Below, piece by piece: positions 1 to 12,992 of a stretch of DNA of 64,000 bases. The notes under the pieces are model-generated. The model did not search any database and had not been told where the DNA came from. It saw only the letters and a list, made by a program, of their open reading frames with translations. The position numbers and the translations under genes are program-made. Position 1 is the stretch's first letter. Each line of letters starts with the position of its first letter. The DNA lies in assembly GCA_039545335.1 (NCBI GenBank), contig BCIN01000002.1, positions 943,118 through 1,007,117 of the forward strand, read 5' to 3'. This DNA is from Kondoa subrosea (Eukaryota).

Positions 1-2293
1 TTCCCTTTCCGCTTCTTGGACCATAGTCTTGATTAATGAAGAAGGCAGATGTAGTTCTGATATTCCATCCAAAGTCATACAGAACAAACTCGGTTCTGCA
101 TGTCGCAGTGAAGCAGCAAAAGAAACGACTTGTTTTGGTGCTGGAATCTCAAGAATTCGATCTATCCGAGGAAGGAGAGCAGTCGTATCTGGTTGTTCCG
201 CTTTAGATCCCAAGTATGTTTTGACGTATTCAAGAGCTGAAGTGGAAGTAGCTTTTGCAACTGGAGAAGTGACTGGCTGAGGTAAAGAAATATGCAGCGC
301 AAATATAGATCCACGCAGAGTGTTGCTCCAAAGAAGAAGCTGTGAGGCGGCGTCATACGAGAGGAAGTTGTAGCATACTTCAACTGGTTCTCTAGCTGGT
401 CGAACCAATTCAGAATGAGATAAGAGTCTACCGGAAAGAGAGAAGATATTGATCTTGGTAGCTGAATCGTAAGCTACTGCTAAACCAGCTGGATGACCTT
501 CTTTATCACTCAACAATACAATCTTGGCATTGAATTTTTCGCTTGAAGGCTCAAGGCAGAAGAAGGAAGAGATTTCCGACAAGTCAGATCCAGATAGTAG
601 ACGCAAGCGGCCATTATCCAACACAGCCAGAAGTGATGCATCTTCCGAGATGGCGAAATCGGAAGAATCGGATTGCGAAATGTTAGCTGGGTTCTTTGAG
701 CTTGTCAGCTGCTTCTTCGCAATCCAGCAGCCTGAAGAGTATCCTTGATCGACTTGCATAGGGCTGCTCGCCTGTTGTGGGATTTTGCTGTAGTCGAAAG
801 CGAGAAGATAACCATCAGTTGCAGCAAAGAAGATCTTGTCATTGTTTTGCGGATCAAAATGAACTGAATAGAGGAGCTTTTCTGGGTAGCCAGCATCTGA
901 ATCCAATGACTGCCAAGGCAAATTCATCTGCAACAGCATTTTATGCCTGTACCTCAAGAAATTCGTTAGCGTATTATTCGCAGATAAATTAACGTACGCA
1001 CGGAGGATGATCTCTTTGGAATTCAGGTGGGAATTTCCAAAGTATGCAACTCCCATCGAGCGAAACAGAACACAATCGAACTTGACCATCTTGCGTCTTA
1101 ATTTGGCCGAACTCCATATCCAGAACAGCAGCTTGATGACCTTTCAATAACAACCTCGCACCAGAATTTCGATCCAAAACTCTAATGCTTCCTCTTTTCG
1201 TTGCATAAGCAATCAAGTTCTCCCTTACTGCGACTCTGCGTCCAGTTTGATACGCATTGAGTGTTTCAAAGAGAGTGACAGGCGTGATCTTGAGGTCTTC
1301 TTTCAATGTATATTCAAGAGCCGAAGCAACTTCGATTGAGAGGGAGGTGGATGAGATGTCTAGCTGCTTGCCTGAGAAGGTAGACACTTGTGAGGAAGGA
1401 CGTTTCTTGCTGGCCAGATAGAGGTCAGGAACGGCCAGTTGAGGAGCAGATGGAGCAGAATTCGGTGTAAAAGGGGGATCATTGCCTTTGAAGATCAGGC
1501 TTGGTTGCAGTTGAGCTACTTTCGCTGGAGTTGTATCACTCTTCCTTTCTGAAGAAAGAGCGCTGACTGGATCTTTCGGTTTCAATGAGCTAGACTGGGA
1601 GACTGTGGGAGACTGTGCGCGAGATGATTGTTTAGAGGGCGAGCGAGAGCCGGATGCCTGTACCTCTGAGACAATTGGGCTCGAGATTGAAGGCTGATTA
1701 GTTTGTGGCTTGCTAGGAGAAGCAGCAGCATTTGTGTTGCCATTCGCTTTGTCTAGCGATTTAAGTTGTTCAGATGAAGATTTTGCCGGGCTTTCATCCT
1801 GCTGAGAATTGGAAGGTCCACGAGCAAGAAGATCAAACGGAGAAGTGAATGTGAACATAGAAGCTTGCGGAACCTGAGCGGAAGACGCTGGTTTGCTCGA
1901 ATCCTGAGAAGGCGTTGTCGGAGCAGAAGCTTGCAGCAACTGTTCGAGCAAGAGAGTACCTTGAGACGGTTTGGTAGGCACTGAAGCTGGTGCAGGACTG
2001 CTAGGCGGAGACACTTGATACGTAAAGGGATTATATGCTTTTACCGGAGCAGATTGAGGTGCTGCTGGTGATGGTTTCGAGGTAGAGAAGATGTTAAGCA
2101 AGCTGTTTTGCTGTTCAGGTGTGATCGAAGGCGCTGTGTTGCCTCGAGAAGCTGAATTTGACTGAGAGGCCATATTCGCAAAGAGCAGATCCAACGCATT
2201 GCTCTCTTTGGCTGGCGTAGTAGGCTGTTCTTGTGAAGCCGGTCGACCAGAAGCTTGCAGCATCGCCAGCAAACCAGCTGAAGATTGATCCAT
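1..2293 (-). CDS. EDC4/Ge-1/Pdc1-like mRNA decapping enhancer (low-complexity N-terminus + WD40 propeller); 3' end lies outside the window
   Basis: 434-aa first exon: S/P/Q-rich region followed by GRRVAVRENLIAYATKRGSIRVLDRNSGARLLLKGHQAAVLDMEF, typical of the EDC4 WD40 start. Further coding exons continue to position 1. Confidence 0.65.
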
Positions 2294-2474
2294 GACGTTT
2301 CGACTGTGAGGTCGAAGTTTGAGAGAGAGAGCGAGTGTGTTGTTCTGGGACAGCGACAGCGCGCCAGGTTGTGCTCTGATTATCCTTCAGTCACCTGCCA
2401 TATAGTGTGCAGCCCGTTTTATGCGCAGTCTCCTTCCTTCTGCTCTCACAAATCTATTCCGCTCGAACACTGCA

Positions 2475-3318
2475 ATGGCCTCACTCGCACCTAATCCACT
2501 GCCTTCAAAGATCTATAAGATCATTCCCGGCGATGAGTGCGAGACTCGAGCGCTCCTTCTTATGCCTTGCCTAACGTATACTCTTTCTCTCAGTCCTCGT
2601 TACACGTCGTTTCCAGTTCCAATACCAGCTTCGCACGAGTTCTTCTTGTCTCCTCTAGACGCGAAAGGCAGGTCCCTTGCGCATGTGTCGCGGCGGAAAT
2701 ACTAATGCTGCATACAGATGGATTCATACATTTATCAACAGCGAAACAATTAGGTACGCTTGACGGCCATCTAGAGCAATCGCTCTCAAATGATCCGGAA
2801 CGTACAGAGGGCACACTGAGTCGCTTTTTTGCCGACTCAAAATCAATAGGTCAGTTCCTGCTCGCGTCAGAGGAAGATCGCTCATTGTGACTTAGGCTTG
2901 TTGCGAGCGGATTACGATCGAATCAGGTTGGTCATGCAGCGATAGGCAAGAAGTGTGCAGACTGACAACTTTGCCCCATCAGTACCTGGAAGAAGATTGT
3001 ATGGGAGCAATCTGGTGGCGGCGATGTCTTTCCTCATTTGGTACGTGAGTAGCGCTATTGCATTGTTCAATGTTGACAAGTGCTGTTGGTGTACAGTATG
3101 GTACGTCTTTAACAACCAGTACAGCTACTAGTCACCGCTCTTATGATCGTCTTTTAGGCCGACTTGAAGGAGAAATGATAGAGGTGAATTTAGGAATGCG
3201 CCGAATATCTCGATGGGAGCTAATCTACCAACAGGCCTTCCGCTTTCTCGAGAGGAAAGATGATGAGAAGTGGGGCCAAGTTTTACAGAAGCTGGCGGAC
3301 GAAAAATGGTTATTGTAA
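2475..3318 (+). CDS. DUF952 family protein (multi-exon)
   Basis: Spliced product contains IYKII...LSPLDAKDGFIHLSTAKQL...TLSRFFAD, the DUF952 signature. Confidence 0.7.
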
Positions 3319-3539
3319 AACTGTAATGTAAAGATCGGTCTCTGTGCAGACGCACTACAGTGTAGCGGCGCTTCCGCCTGCTCCAATCGTCATTACCGCC
3401 TCGGTATGATTTCGGTATTTTCGTCGCTATCAATCAAATTTCGTCGGCATCGGCAATTTCGAGACGATATCTATCTAATTGCACGGTCTCTGACTTCCTC
3501 CAAGCTACTCTTCTTCACTAATCAAACACTAATACCAAA

Positions 3540-4243
3540 ATGGTTTATCACACGATTGTCAAATCTGTGAATCATCCAAAAATCATATTTTTTTTACGCA
3601 ATTGGCTAATGATGTGTACAAATACCAGATTGCTCGCGCAAACTTCGAAGCAGTCAATCGAAAGGACTATGAAGCCATCCTTGCCTCTTGTTCGTACGTT
3701 GTCTGTGTTGCTTACATAATGACAGATAGAACTAACTATATGTCACAGTGATGATATCGTTCATAAATTCGGCGGTAGTCATGCTCTAGGCGGAACTCGT
3801 AGAGATAAGGAGGGATTGAAAGAATGGTTTCACCGCTTGGGAAGGGTAGTACCTGGTTTACAGCTACAAGTAAAGGACCTCTGGGTGAAAGGCCAGTCAC
3901 TTCATTTCGATCTCATCAACTCGGTACTGACTGTTATGAGGATGTCCAGGCTTTCCATGGGACACGACTATCCTCATTCGCTGGGATGCGACGGATGAAT
4001 TCCCAAATGGTGATCCATATCGCAATCATGGTGTTCATGTCATTGGTACGTGAATAGTAAAGTCGATTTTGAATCATGTTAACGAGTCCATAAGGTATGA
4101 AATGGGGAAAAGTGTATTCGATCGATGCGAATGAAGATAGTCAGATCGTAGACATGATGATGAAGGCAAAGGTGGCTGCTGGAGTAGAAGAAGCCGGTTA
4201 TCCTCCAATCACTAGCGGTGCACCGAACCGGAAGAGAATTTGA
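3540..4243 (+). CDS. SnoaL-like / NTF2-fold protein
   Basis: Five exons give MVYHTIVKSIARANFEAVNRKDYEAILASC.DDIVHKFGGSHALGGTRRDKEGLKEWFHRLGRVVPGLQLQVKDLWVKGFPWDTTILIRWDAT...YRNHGVHVIGMKWGKVYSIDANEDSQ. Confidence 0.75.
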
Positions 4244-4597
4244 GTTTGGGGCTTTGGCATATGATAGTCTTCTTCTTCTTTCCATATGTACAGTAACACA
4301 TGATATTCTTGCTGGCAATTGAACGTCTGTTAGACATTGTTTTTCCCCAAACAATCATGTGCGGCTTCATTCGTGTGTGGTATCGAGAAATTTACAAGGA
4401 ACATTTGATTTCGATTGGACTTGCTGGCAAAAGATCGAGTGCAAGCCAAGTGCATCATGCGCATAAAGTTGTGCCCGGACTGGAGAGAAAGTGTATAAGC
4501 CATAGTAGTTAGTGTACTTGTACAAGACGTACATTATCATTACAAAGCAAGAAGAAGAAGCCAAAACGGACTGAGCATGACGGCAAAGAGGCTCTCG

Positions 4598-5215
4598 CGA
4601 ACACTTGATACAAGGCGCACAAGGGCAGAAAGATCTAGCCTCTAGAGTTGTGCAAGTTAGGTGACGCGCAGTTGCGTTCCGCAGAAACAACATCTGCGTC
4701 GTCAACCGCATGAGCAAGCACAGAGAGACAGAGACAGAAAGAGGCTTCTTTGAATTCGAAAGTATAGCGGGCGCGAGTATGTCAAAAGATGAACAAGTCT
4801 ACCATGAACACTTCGTTCGTGAAGGCTCACTGGAAGAAAGTCTCTTTTCAAGTGTAAGTCAGGTGACGCCCAAACGATCCTCCGCAGAGTACAACCCAGA
4901 GCATTGACCGCATGACTAAGCACAGAGAGACAGAAAGAGGGTTCTTGAGGTATAGCGCAAGCGAGTATCCAAAAAGAGAATCACAAATGCTCTCAAATGC
5001 GAGAAAGTGGAAAAGAAGCTTGCTGGAAGCCAAAGTGTTGAGGAATCTCCAGGAACACTTCGTTAGTGAAGGCGCAGTGGAGGATGTCACTCTTCAAGTG
5101 CAAGTCAGGTGATGCCGAGCTGGTTCTCCCACAGAGAACGGTCCAGAACATTTACCGCATGAGCAAGCACAGAGAGACAGAAGGAAGCATCTTGAGGGAT
5201 AGCGAGCGCGAGTAG
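4598..5215. repeat. Degenerate tandem repeat, ~200-250 bp unit, about three copies plus a partial one
   Basis: CCGCATGA(G)C(T)AAGCACAGAGAGACAGA recurs at ~4706, ~4908 and ~5155. GAACACTT..AAGGC.CA and GTG(C/T)AAGT(T/C)AGGTGA(C/T)GC blocks each recur three times. Confidence 0.85.
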
Positions 5216-5927
5216 AGAAAGCTTTAGGAAGAAATGATGGCTTACGTCTTGTGTAAGGAAAGTATGACTGGAAACAGGAGGAAGAAGAACAAGAGCGAGA
5301 CAGGACACATAGATAGGAGTTGCGTCGTGTCATGGAACAATTCTTTCTGCGACTGACCAGCTTTTAGATCAGGGCAAAGTGTCGCGACAAGATTGCAAAC
5401 AGACTGCAGCTGGCAATGCGATTCCAGGCTACAACGCGCGCGTCTGCGCGTACGAGCTCCTGGTCAAGCCGAGAAGGCCAGTAAGGTAAGGAAAAGCAAA
5501 CATATAGAGCGAAAAGCCCAAGCAAAAGATAAGGTCATTGGCAGTATCACCAAACCATTATGCTGCTGCAGCTGACGAAGTTCAGGCAAAGTTTGTTGTA
5601 TGTAGCTGCACGATGCACATCGAAAGAGGTGAGACACCGAGGAGTCTGGAAAATGCAAGCCTAGACATGCTCGTCCTAGGCATACGAGAAAAAAAATACC
5701 GAGTCAAAGTCTTGTCCCAATACGCTGACTTTGCCTGACTTATATCTGGTCGCTTGCTGAGCTTGGATGTTCTTTCTTGGCCATACTACTGCACAAGGTG
5801 ATTGCCCTCGTCTCGAAGTCTGCATAAAAATCCCGCTGACATTGCAGAGGACAGATTATCTCTCGACCTACGTGCTCAGCCTGCCTGCTTGATCTTTTAC
5901 AACACACCCCACATATAATTCACAATC

Positions 5928-8900
5928 ATGCTACGAAGTTCTAAGCGAGGGTTATCGCAATTAGCTACCTCGACCAGAATTTCTAATACCTCGAAATCTC
6001 TTCTCCGTCTATCACTAGTCACTCCTACTGTCGTTCGACCATTCAGTGTCTCATCTTTCACGAAAGATAGTCAAAATAGCTTGCATTCACCTTCTGAATT
6101 GGCAAAGAAGTTATCGGCAAAAGTCTTGATACAAGTAGACAAGCCTGATGTAAAGAAAGTTCTTGTTGTCGGCTCTGGAGGACTCAGTATTGGTCAAGCT
6201 GGAGAGTTCGATTACTCAGGTCGGCAGTTTTGGGCATTTAGCTGGCTTTGAGCTAAAGTGTCCTTATCAAACGACAGGATCACAAGCTATCAAAGCTCTG
6301 CGAGAATCGAACGTCGAAACGATCTTAATCAACCCCAATATTGCTACTATCCAGGTAGGCTGTTTTCACGCACACTTCAACAGCAAACTCACAGCGCATA
6401 ACAGACCTCACACCATCTAGCAAACGAAGTCTACTTCCTACCCGTTACAGCAGACTATGTCTCCTACGTGATCGAAAAAGAACGACCAGATGGAATTCTC
6501 TTGACTTTCGGCGGTCAATCCGCTTTGAACGTTGGTATTCAACTTGACAAGATGGGTATTCTCGAGCGTATGGGTGTGCAAGTGCTCGGTACACCTATCA
6601 GAACTTTGGAAGTATCAGAAGATCGTGATCTCTTCGTCAAAGCTTTGAATGGTATATATCTCTTCTGCTAGCAGTATCGGTGTCTTGTTCTGAACTGTTG
6701 AGATAGAAATTGATATTCCTGCTGCTCATTCTACAGCAGTCTCAACCGTTAACGATGCTCTCAAAGCAGCTAAAACTATTGGATATCCAGTCATTTTACG
6801 TTCTGCTTTCTCTCTTGGTGGACTTGGTTCTGGGTTTGCTTCCAATGAAGAAGAACTGAGCGATTTGAGCGCAAAGAGTTTGAGTCTCAGTCCGCAAGTC
6901 CTCATTGAAAAATCACTCAAAGGTTGGAAAGAAGTCGAGTATGAAGTAGTCAGAGATGCAGCAGATAACTGCATCACTGTTTGCAATATGGAGGTAAGAC
7001 GGGTGTTCAGACTATGTTGCAATAGTGGTTGAGCGTTCCCTTCCTTACAGAACTTCGATCCGCTTGGCACACATACTGGAGATTCAATAGTTGTTGCTCC
7101 TTCACAAACTTTAACAGATGATGAGTGAGTTGTTCAAAAGAGTCTCATCTCTCTTTCGCTAAGGTGTGACTTACAGATATCATATGCTTCGATCTGCTGC
7201 TATCAAGATTGTCAGACATGTCGGTGTTGTTGGCGAATGCAACGTACAATATGCTCTCAATCCAGACTCTCGCGAATATATGGTCATTGAGGTGTGTTAC
7301 AGTCTATAGTTGTCCTTCTCTGCTGATAAATTGATCGCAGATGAACGCTCGTCTTTCCCGATCAAGTGCCCTGGCATCAAAAGCTACTGGCTACCCTCTC
7401 GCATACACTGCTGCCAAGATTGCTCTTGGTCATACTCTACCGGAACTACCTAATGCTGTTACCAAGACTACTACAGCTTGCTTCGAACCTTCTCTCGATT
7501 ATCTCGTTACCAAAATTCCGAAGTGGGATCTTGCCAAGTTCCAATACGTCAACCGAGAAGTTGGATCGTCAATGAAAAGTGTAGGAGAAGTGATGGCTAT
7601 CGGTCGAACTTTCGAAGAATCTTTGCAAAAGGCTATTCGTCAAGTCGATCCTCGCTATACTGGTTTCGCTGCCTACTTCCAACCTGAAGACCTTGATCAT
7701 GCCCTTTCTGTTCCGACAGATCAACGTCTGTTCGCTGTTGCTCATGCTATGCTTAACAAGGACTACTCTGTTGACCGAATTCATGCCATTACTAAAATCG
7801 ATCGCTGGTTCTTGTACAAGCTCGATAACATTGTTTCTGTGCACAAAGAACTGGAGAAGATTAACCTAGAGGAAGTGAACGAAGATCTGATGCGCCGAGC
7901 AAAGAAGATGGGTTTCTCAGATCGTCAAATCGCCGACCTCATTTCCAGCTCCGAAGACAAAGTTCGTGCGCAGAGGAAGAGCTTGGGTATCACTCCTTTC
8001 GTCAAACGTATCGATACTCTTGCAGCAGAATATCCCGCTCACACCAATTACCTTTATACTACTTACAATGCCTCAACTCATGATGTCGAATTCGATGAAC
8101 ACGGAACAATGGTTCTTGGTTCTGGTGTATACCGAATTGGTAGTTCAGTCGAATTCGATTGGTGCGCTGTTACTTGCGCTCGTCGAATCAGAGCTTTGGG
8201 CAAACGAACTGTCATGATCAATTACAACCCTGAAACCGTTTCCACCGATTTCGATGAAGCTGATCGCTTGTACTTTGAAGAGCTCGGGTACGAGAGGGTC
8301 ATGGATATCTATGAGTTGGAATCTGCTCAGGGTGTGGTTGTCAGCGTTGGTGGTGAGTGTCGCAAAAGAATTAAAGAGTCGTACAAGATTTGATGAAAGT
8401 GATCAGGTCAATTACCTCAGAATATCGCTCTTCGATTGAAGCAGAATGGTGTCAATGTCTTGGGCACTGCGCCGGAGATGATTGACAGCGCAGAAGATCG
8501 AGAGAAATTCTCTGCTATCCTCGATCGTGAGGGCATTGATCAGCCAGAATGGGTTGAAGCTACAACGCCGGAAGAAGCACTCAAGTTCGCCGAGAAAGTT
8601 GGCTTCCCTGTTCTCATTCGACCTTCCTACGTTCTTTCCGGTGCCGCCATGAACGTCGTTTGGGACGCTTCAACTCTTAATCACTCTCTTACCGCCGCTG
8701 CTGAAGTTTCTCCGGATCATCCAGCTGTTATTACCAAATTCATGGAAAACGCTCAAGAAATCGATGTCGATGCGGCAGCACACAAAGGCAAACTTCTTGT
8801 GCATGCTGTTTCTGAGCATGTAGAGAATGCCGGTGTGCACTCCGGAGATGCTACTCTCGTTTTGCCCCCATTCTCACTGAACGAAGACGATCTGGCACGC

Positions 8901-10095
8901 CTGAAACACATCGCTGAAAAAGTCGCGGCTGCTTTCGAAATTAGCGGTCCTTTCAACATGCAAATCATTCGATCAACGCCCGCCGATGGTAGCGAGCCAA
9001 CGCTTAAGGTCATCGAATGCAATCTTCGAGCTTCTCGTTCTTTCCCATTCGTATCCAAAGTCTTGGGTCACAACTTTATTGATGTAGCTACAAGCGCTAT
9101 TCTTGGCGAAGGAGTACCTGAGCCTGTTGATCTCATGGCTCAGAAGCGAGATTACACAGCCATTAAGGTAGCACAGTTCTCCTGGACAAGACTGGCTGGT
9201 ATGTCACACAAAGCGATTCTTGTGATGCACAAATTGACGTTCTGGAACAGGTGCCGATCCATTCTTAGGTGTAGAGATGGCAAGTACAGGAGAGGTAAGG
9301 CGCACATGCATCCGCCGATATTGTAGCTCATTCAAAGTTTGACAGGTTGCCGCATTCGGTCGCGATATACATGAAGCGTATTGGGCTTCTTTACTGTCCA
9401 TCAATGGTCTCAAGCTACCTCGAAAGGGCGCTGGCGTGCTTTTAGGTTTGTCGAAAAGCCTCATAGCAGTCTTTCATAGACTTGAATTCTCGTAGGCGGT
9501 GATATCACGAAACCGGAACTTGCATCAGTCGCCCGCTCTTTGTCTGATCTTGGCTTCCAGCTGTGCTGCTCAAATCGCGAAGTCGAGCAATTCATCGGTT
9601 CTCTGCCATATGTCAAGAAACCAGTGAGGGTTGAATTCCCGCTAAAGGATAAGCGCAGATTGCGTGAAGTCTTGTGAGCTTCTTGCTTGCAGATCTGTGC
9701 TCGAGAGTCTGATATCAATCGACAGTGACCAACATGAGATTGAGATGGTTATTAATCTCTCCAAGTCTCGGGGCAGAGATATGCTAGACGAGGATTACGT
9801 CGCTCGAAGGTCAGCCTTTGCATTCTGACTGTTGTTTTGGTTTACATTGATCCTCGATCTACAGGAATGCTGTCGATTTCGGATTGATGCTAATCAATAA
9901 TGCTCGCTGGTGCGTTGATTCCTACTTAGCTGCTAAATTGTTGCTCATAATTTCCTTATCTTACACAGCGCTCAATTGTTCGTTGGCGCCCTCACAAAGA
10001 AGATGTCAAGCGGTGGATATACTGAAGGCAAATACATAGAAGGTAGAATTCCAGCTGAAGTCAGACCTTGGTCGAATTGGGCAGGATATGTATAA
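5928..10095 (+). CDS. CPA2: Carbamoyl-phosphate synthase arginine-specific large chain, mitochondrial precursor
   Basis: N-terminal presequence; [53 protein letters not shown] and [16 protein letters not shown] motifs; no fused GATase, ATCase or DHO domain. Confidence 0.95.
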
Positions 10096-10133
10096 TTAGA
10101 GCTTTGTAATACTAGACTTCCGTTGAGATACTA

Positions 10134-12616
10134 CTACATTAATCCTATTTCTCTCAAATTGTCTCGAGTTACAATATCTTCAAGAGACTAGAGAACGAGC
10201 GATGAGATTCGTTCCCACAGTACAGCTAGAGTGTGCACGGACCTGTATCGTCTGAAGAGCGATGGGCACATGTTCGCGCTGACTTCACACTGGTAATGTC
10301 AAGCTTACCAGTCTGGTACTCCTCGAATCAAGCGAGCATAAGAAATGACTGTAGATCCGCCGAGCTTTGCTATGGGGCGCTGCCGCCTTTTGGAATCGAT
10401 GCTTTATATAAGATCTTGCCGCTTCATATGAGTCCTCAGGCCCTATATAGTCTCTACAGGCGAAGGAATCAGCTGTACAAGCCTGAACTATGTATGCATA
10501 GGAGGGACTGACGGAAAGAAGTTTGCCAATTTTCGACCACATCGAATCTTCCGCTTGAGTACATCTGTTTTGTTGAGGAAAAGTATCACATTGACCTGTT
10601 TCAGTATCTTATTGGCGCAGCTAGATCTGATGTTTAATACTGAAACCTCGAAAGGGCTATTGACTGACATCTGTTCAAACTGCAACAGTAGGCTCAGCAC
10701 CCGAAACTATCAGCTCGCAAGTACTTACCAGGTTGAGTGCCGCTAGCAAACTGTTTTCTTTTGCATTGGCAAGATTGCTCATACTGGACGGTATTGATGA
10801 GTGAGCAGGTATCTCGATCTTAAGACTCACTCGTAGTCTCCAGAATCGGCAACGAAGATGATTGCACTGGAAGCTTCGAAGAAACCTGCAAGTGATCCTA
10901 AGGTGGAACAACGGGCACCGCTGACACTAAGAGCAAGTATGAGATTGGGCAAGTGTGCTCCAGAAGAGCCGACTCTATGACCTAGCTGAAGTATCAGCCC
11001 CGGCAAATGAATGATGAAGGGTCCAGCCTACTCTATATATCTTGTTTGGTGTCGGCACAATCTGCTCTTCAATGCCAACTGAAGCAATCTTTAATCTCAC
11101 AAATAAGGTGAGGCGTCCATTATACAAATCAACACACTCACTCTCAGGTTTAGAATATCCTCCTCTCTCGCTTCATAACCATCTTTTGCAATTGATCCGA
11201 CTCGAGACAAGAAGTAAAGAGCTGACTCGCTCAGCAATGCATGTATATCGATCAGATGACTATCATTCGCATTCATTCGTTCAGCTTCGGTTCTACCATT
11301 GTGCAAGCGCATGACTTCGTCAAACAGCGCTATAACTTCTTCCCTCGAACTTGCCAGTATTCGAGCCGGCAAGAATTCTCTTTCTTGAGCCAGACGAGAG
11401 TCGGATCCGAGTTCTGTCAGTTCTTTGTATTCTGGATGAAGAATTGTTCGCCATTGCCTTGAACTGATGAGCATCTACATCCACAGCAGTATCAAAGAAT
11501 GCACGAATAAGGCACACATTCGCTCTCACCTCGGTGTGTAGATGTTGCTGTTCGTTGGCCTTGAAAGTGTTGGACGATTGCATATCGACAGTATCATACG
11601 ATGAGCCTGTATCAGTTGATTGGCGATATTTGTTCTTCATGGCTAGCCGAGCTGCGACTTCATGTGAGTGACACCTGAACTTTGGCAGCTTGGCATACCG
11701 TGCTCAGATAAGCTTCGACCCTTATCGCCACCAATTGAGAGCGATACCACGCCCAGTCTACGTGACGAAACAGTGTGAAACGAGCAAAGAAGGCTTGGTC
11801 AAGCTTACCGATCTCTCAACTGCTGCTCGCAAGCAATTAGAGGCTGCAACTTCATCTTTCGTAGCTCTAGAGTCCTTAAACGATCTTCACAGCTGCTTTC
11901 CAATGACCTGTCTTGCGAAGTAGAAGCGCTGAAATCTTCCTTCATTGATTGTCTCGACTGTGTAGGTGTTATAGTCGGATTTTCTACGTTCATCTCATAT
12001 TCTTCCAGTGCTTCCAGAAGTATTCGACACTTCAATTGTCCGTCAACGTAAAGCACCTGGTCACAGAAGTCGGCTTACCGATGCTATGATGGATAATAAT
12101 ATTGCCAGCTCGTAGATCTTTGCTTCAGCCTTGATGGTGTCTGCCTTTGCGTTTAGATAACACCTTGCACGCTTCGTCGCGAGTGGCATACCTGGACAGT
12201 AGTGCATCAACATCTAGATTAGATAAGCACTCGGTTGACCTCGCCATTAGAGCACAAACTCACCTGTTTGACTACTCAAGAATTAGTCGATACATATTAA
12301 GTGCTCGAGATAACGTACCAAGCGTAGTTTTCCCCGCATTGGGTAATCCAAGCAACAAGAGCATATCGATGCTCGTGCTCTTGGACAGATGTAGATCTTC
12401 CCTGTTCACAGTATTCAGCATTTGAGCTTGTCTGTCAGATCAGTTGGCTTACAAATTAGGCATTCCTGTAGACGCAGCACCCAATCTTGCCCTACGCACT
12501 CGCTGTCTCTCCAGTTCCCGGTCAATCCTATTGCTAATTCGTGTTGCTTCATCCTCTGGCTCTGGTGCCAATTGCAGATTCAGCCTATTTCTTCTGCTGA
12601 CTTTCGAGCGAAACAT
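10134..12616 (-). CDS. Atypical heterotrimeric G-protein alpha subunit (paralogue 1)
   Basis: Spliced motifs: ATRISNRIDRELERQR, P-loop LLLGLPNAGKTT, EEDILNLRIASVGIEE, DVSGAR, ILFLNKTD, YSHFLCSLD, C-terminal NLREIGLM*. Confidence 0.8.
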
Positions 12617-12992
12617 GCTGGTCGAAGCGAGCAAAGAGAAGAGGCAGAACAAAAGACAGTAGAGCTAACCCTAAATGGGAGAAGAACATTCGAATGATAG
12701 GAATACTACATGGAATCCGCAGGGTTTGCTCAAAACGGCCTGGATAACCTGAGATCGAGACAGCAGAAGAGGAGGAGAACTCTAGCTTCAACAGCAATAC
12801 ATCACCTGCTCGCATACAAGCAGACCTTCTGTCACGCAACATTGGACAAATCAACTCGATAGCTTGAAATCCGACAAAGTCTCGTGTTGCGCTACTCGAG
12901 CATGCTGAGATAGTGATATAACACACACCAAGCTTCCGTTGTGTTTGAATTGGGAGTGATTGCTATCGGACAGGAAGTCGCGGATCGTTATC

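Noticed and set aside
4598..5215. CRISPR-like array or transposon termini
   Set aside because: Eukaryotic context, long degenerate units with homologous spacers, and no cas, transposase, TIR or TSD seen.
5393..5927. Arginine attenuator uORF upstream of the CPS gene
   Set aside because: The AAP belongs to the small-subunit gene (CPA1/arg-2), and no AAP-like peptide is visible here.
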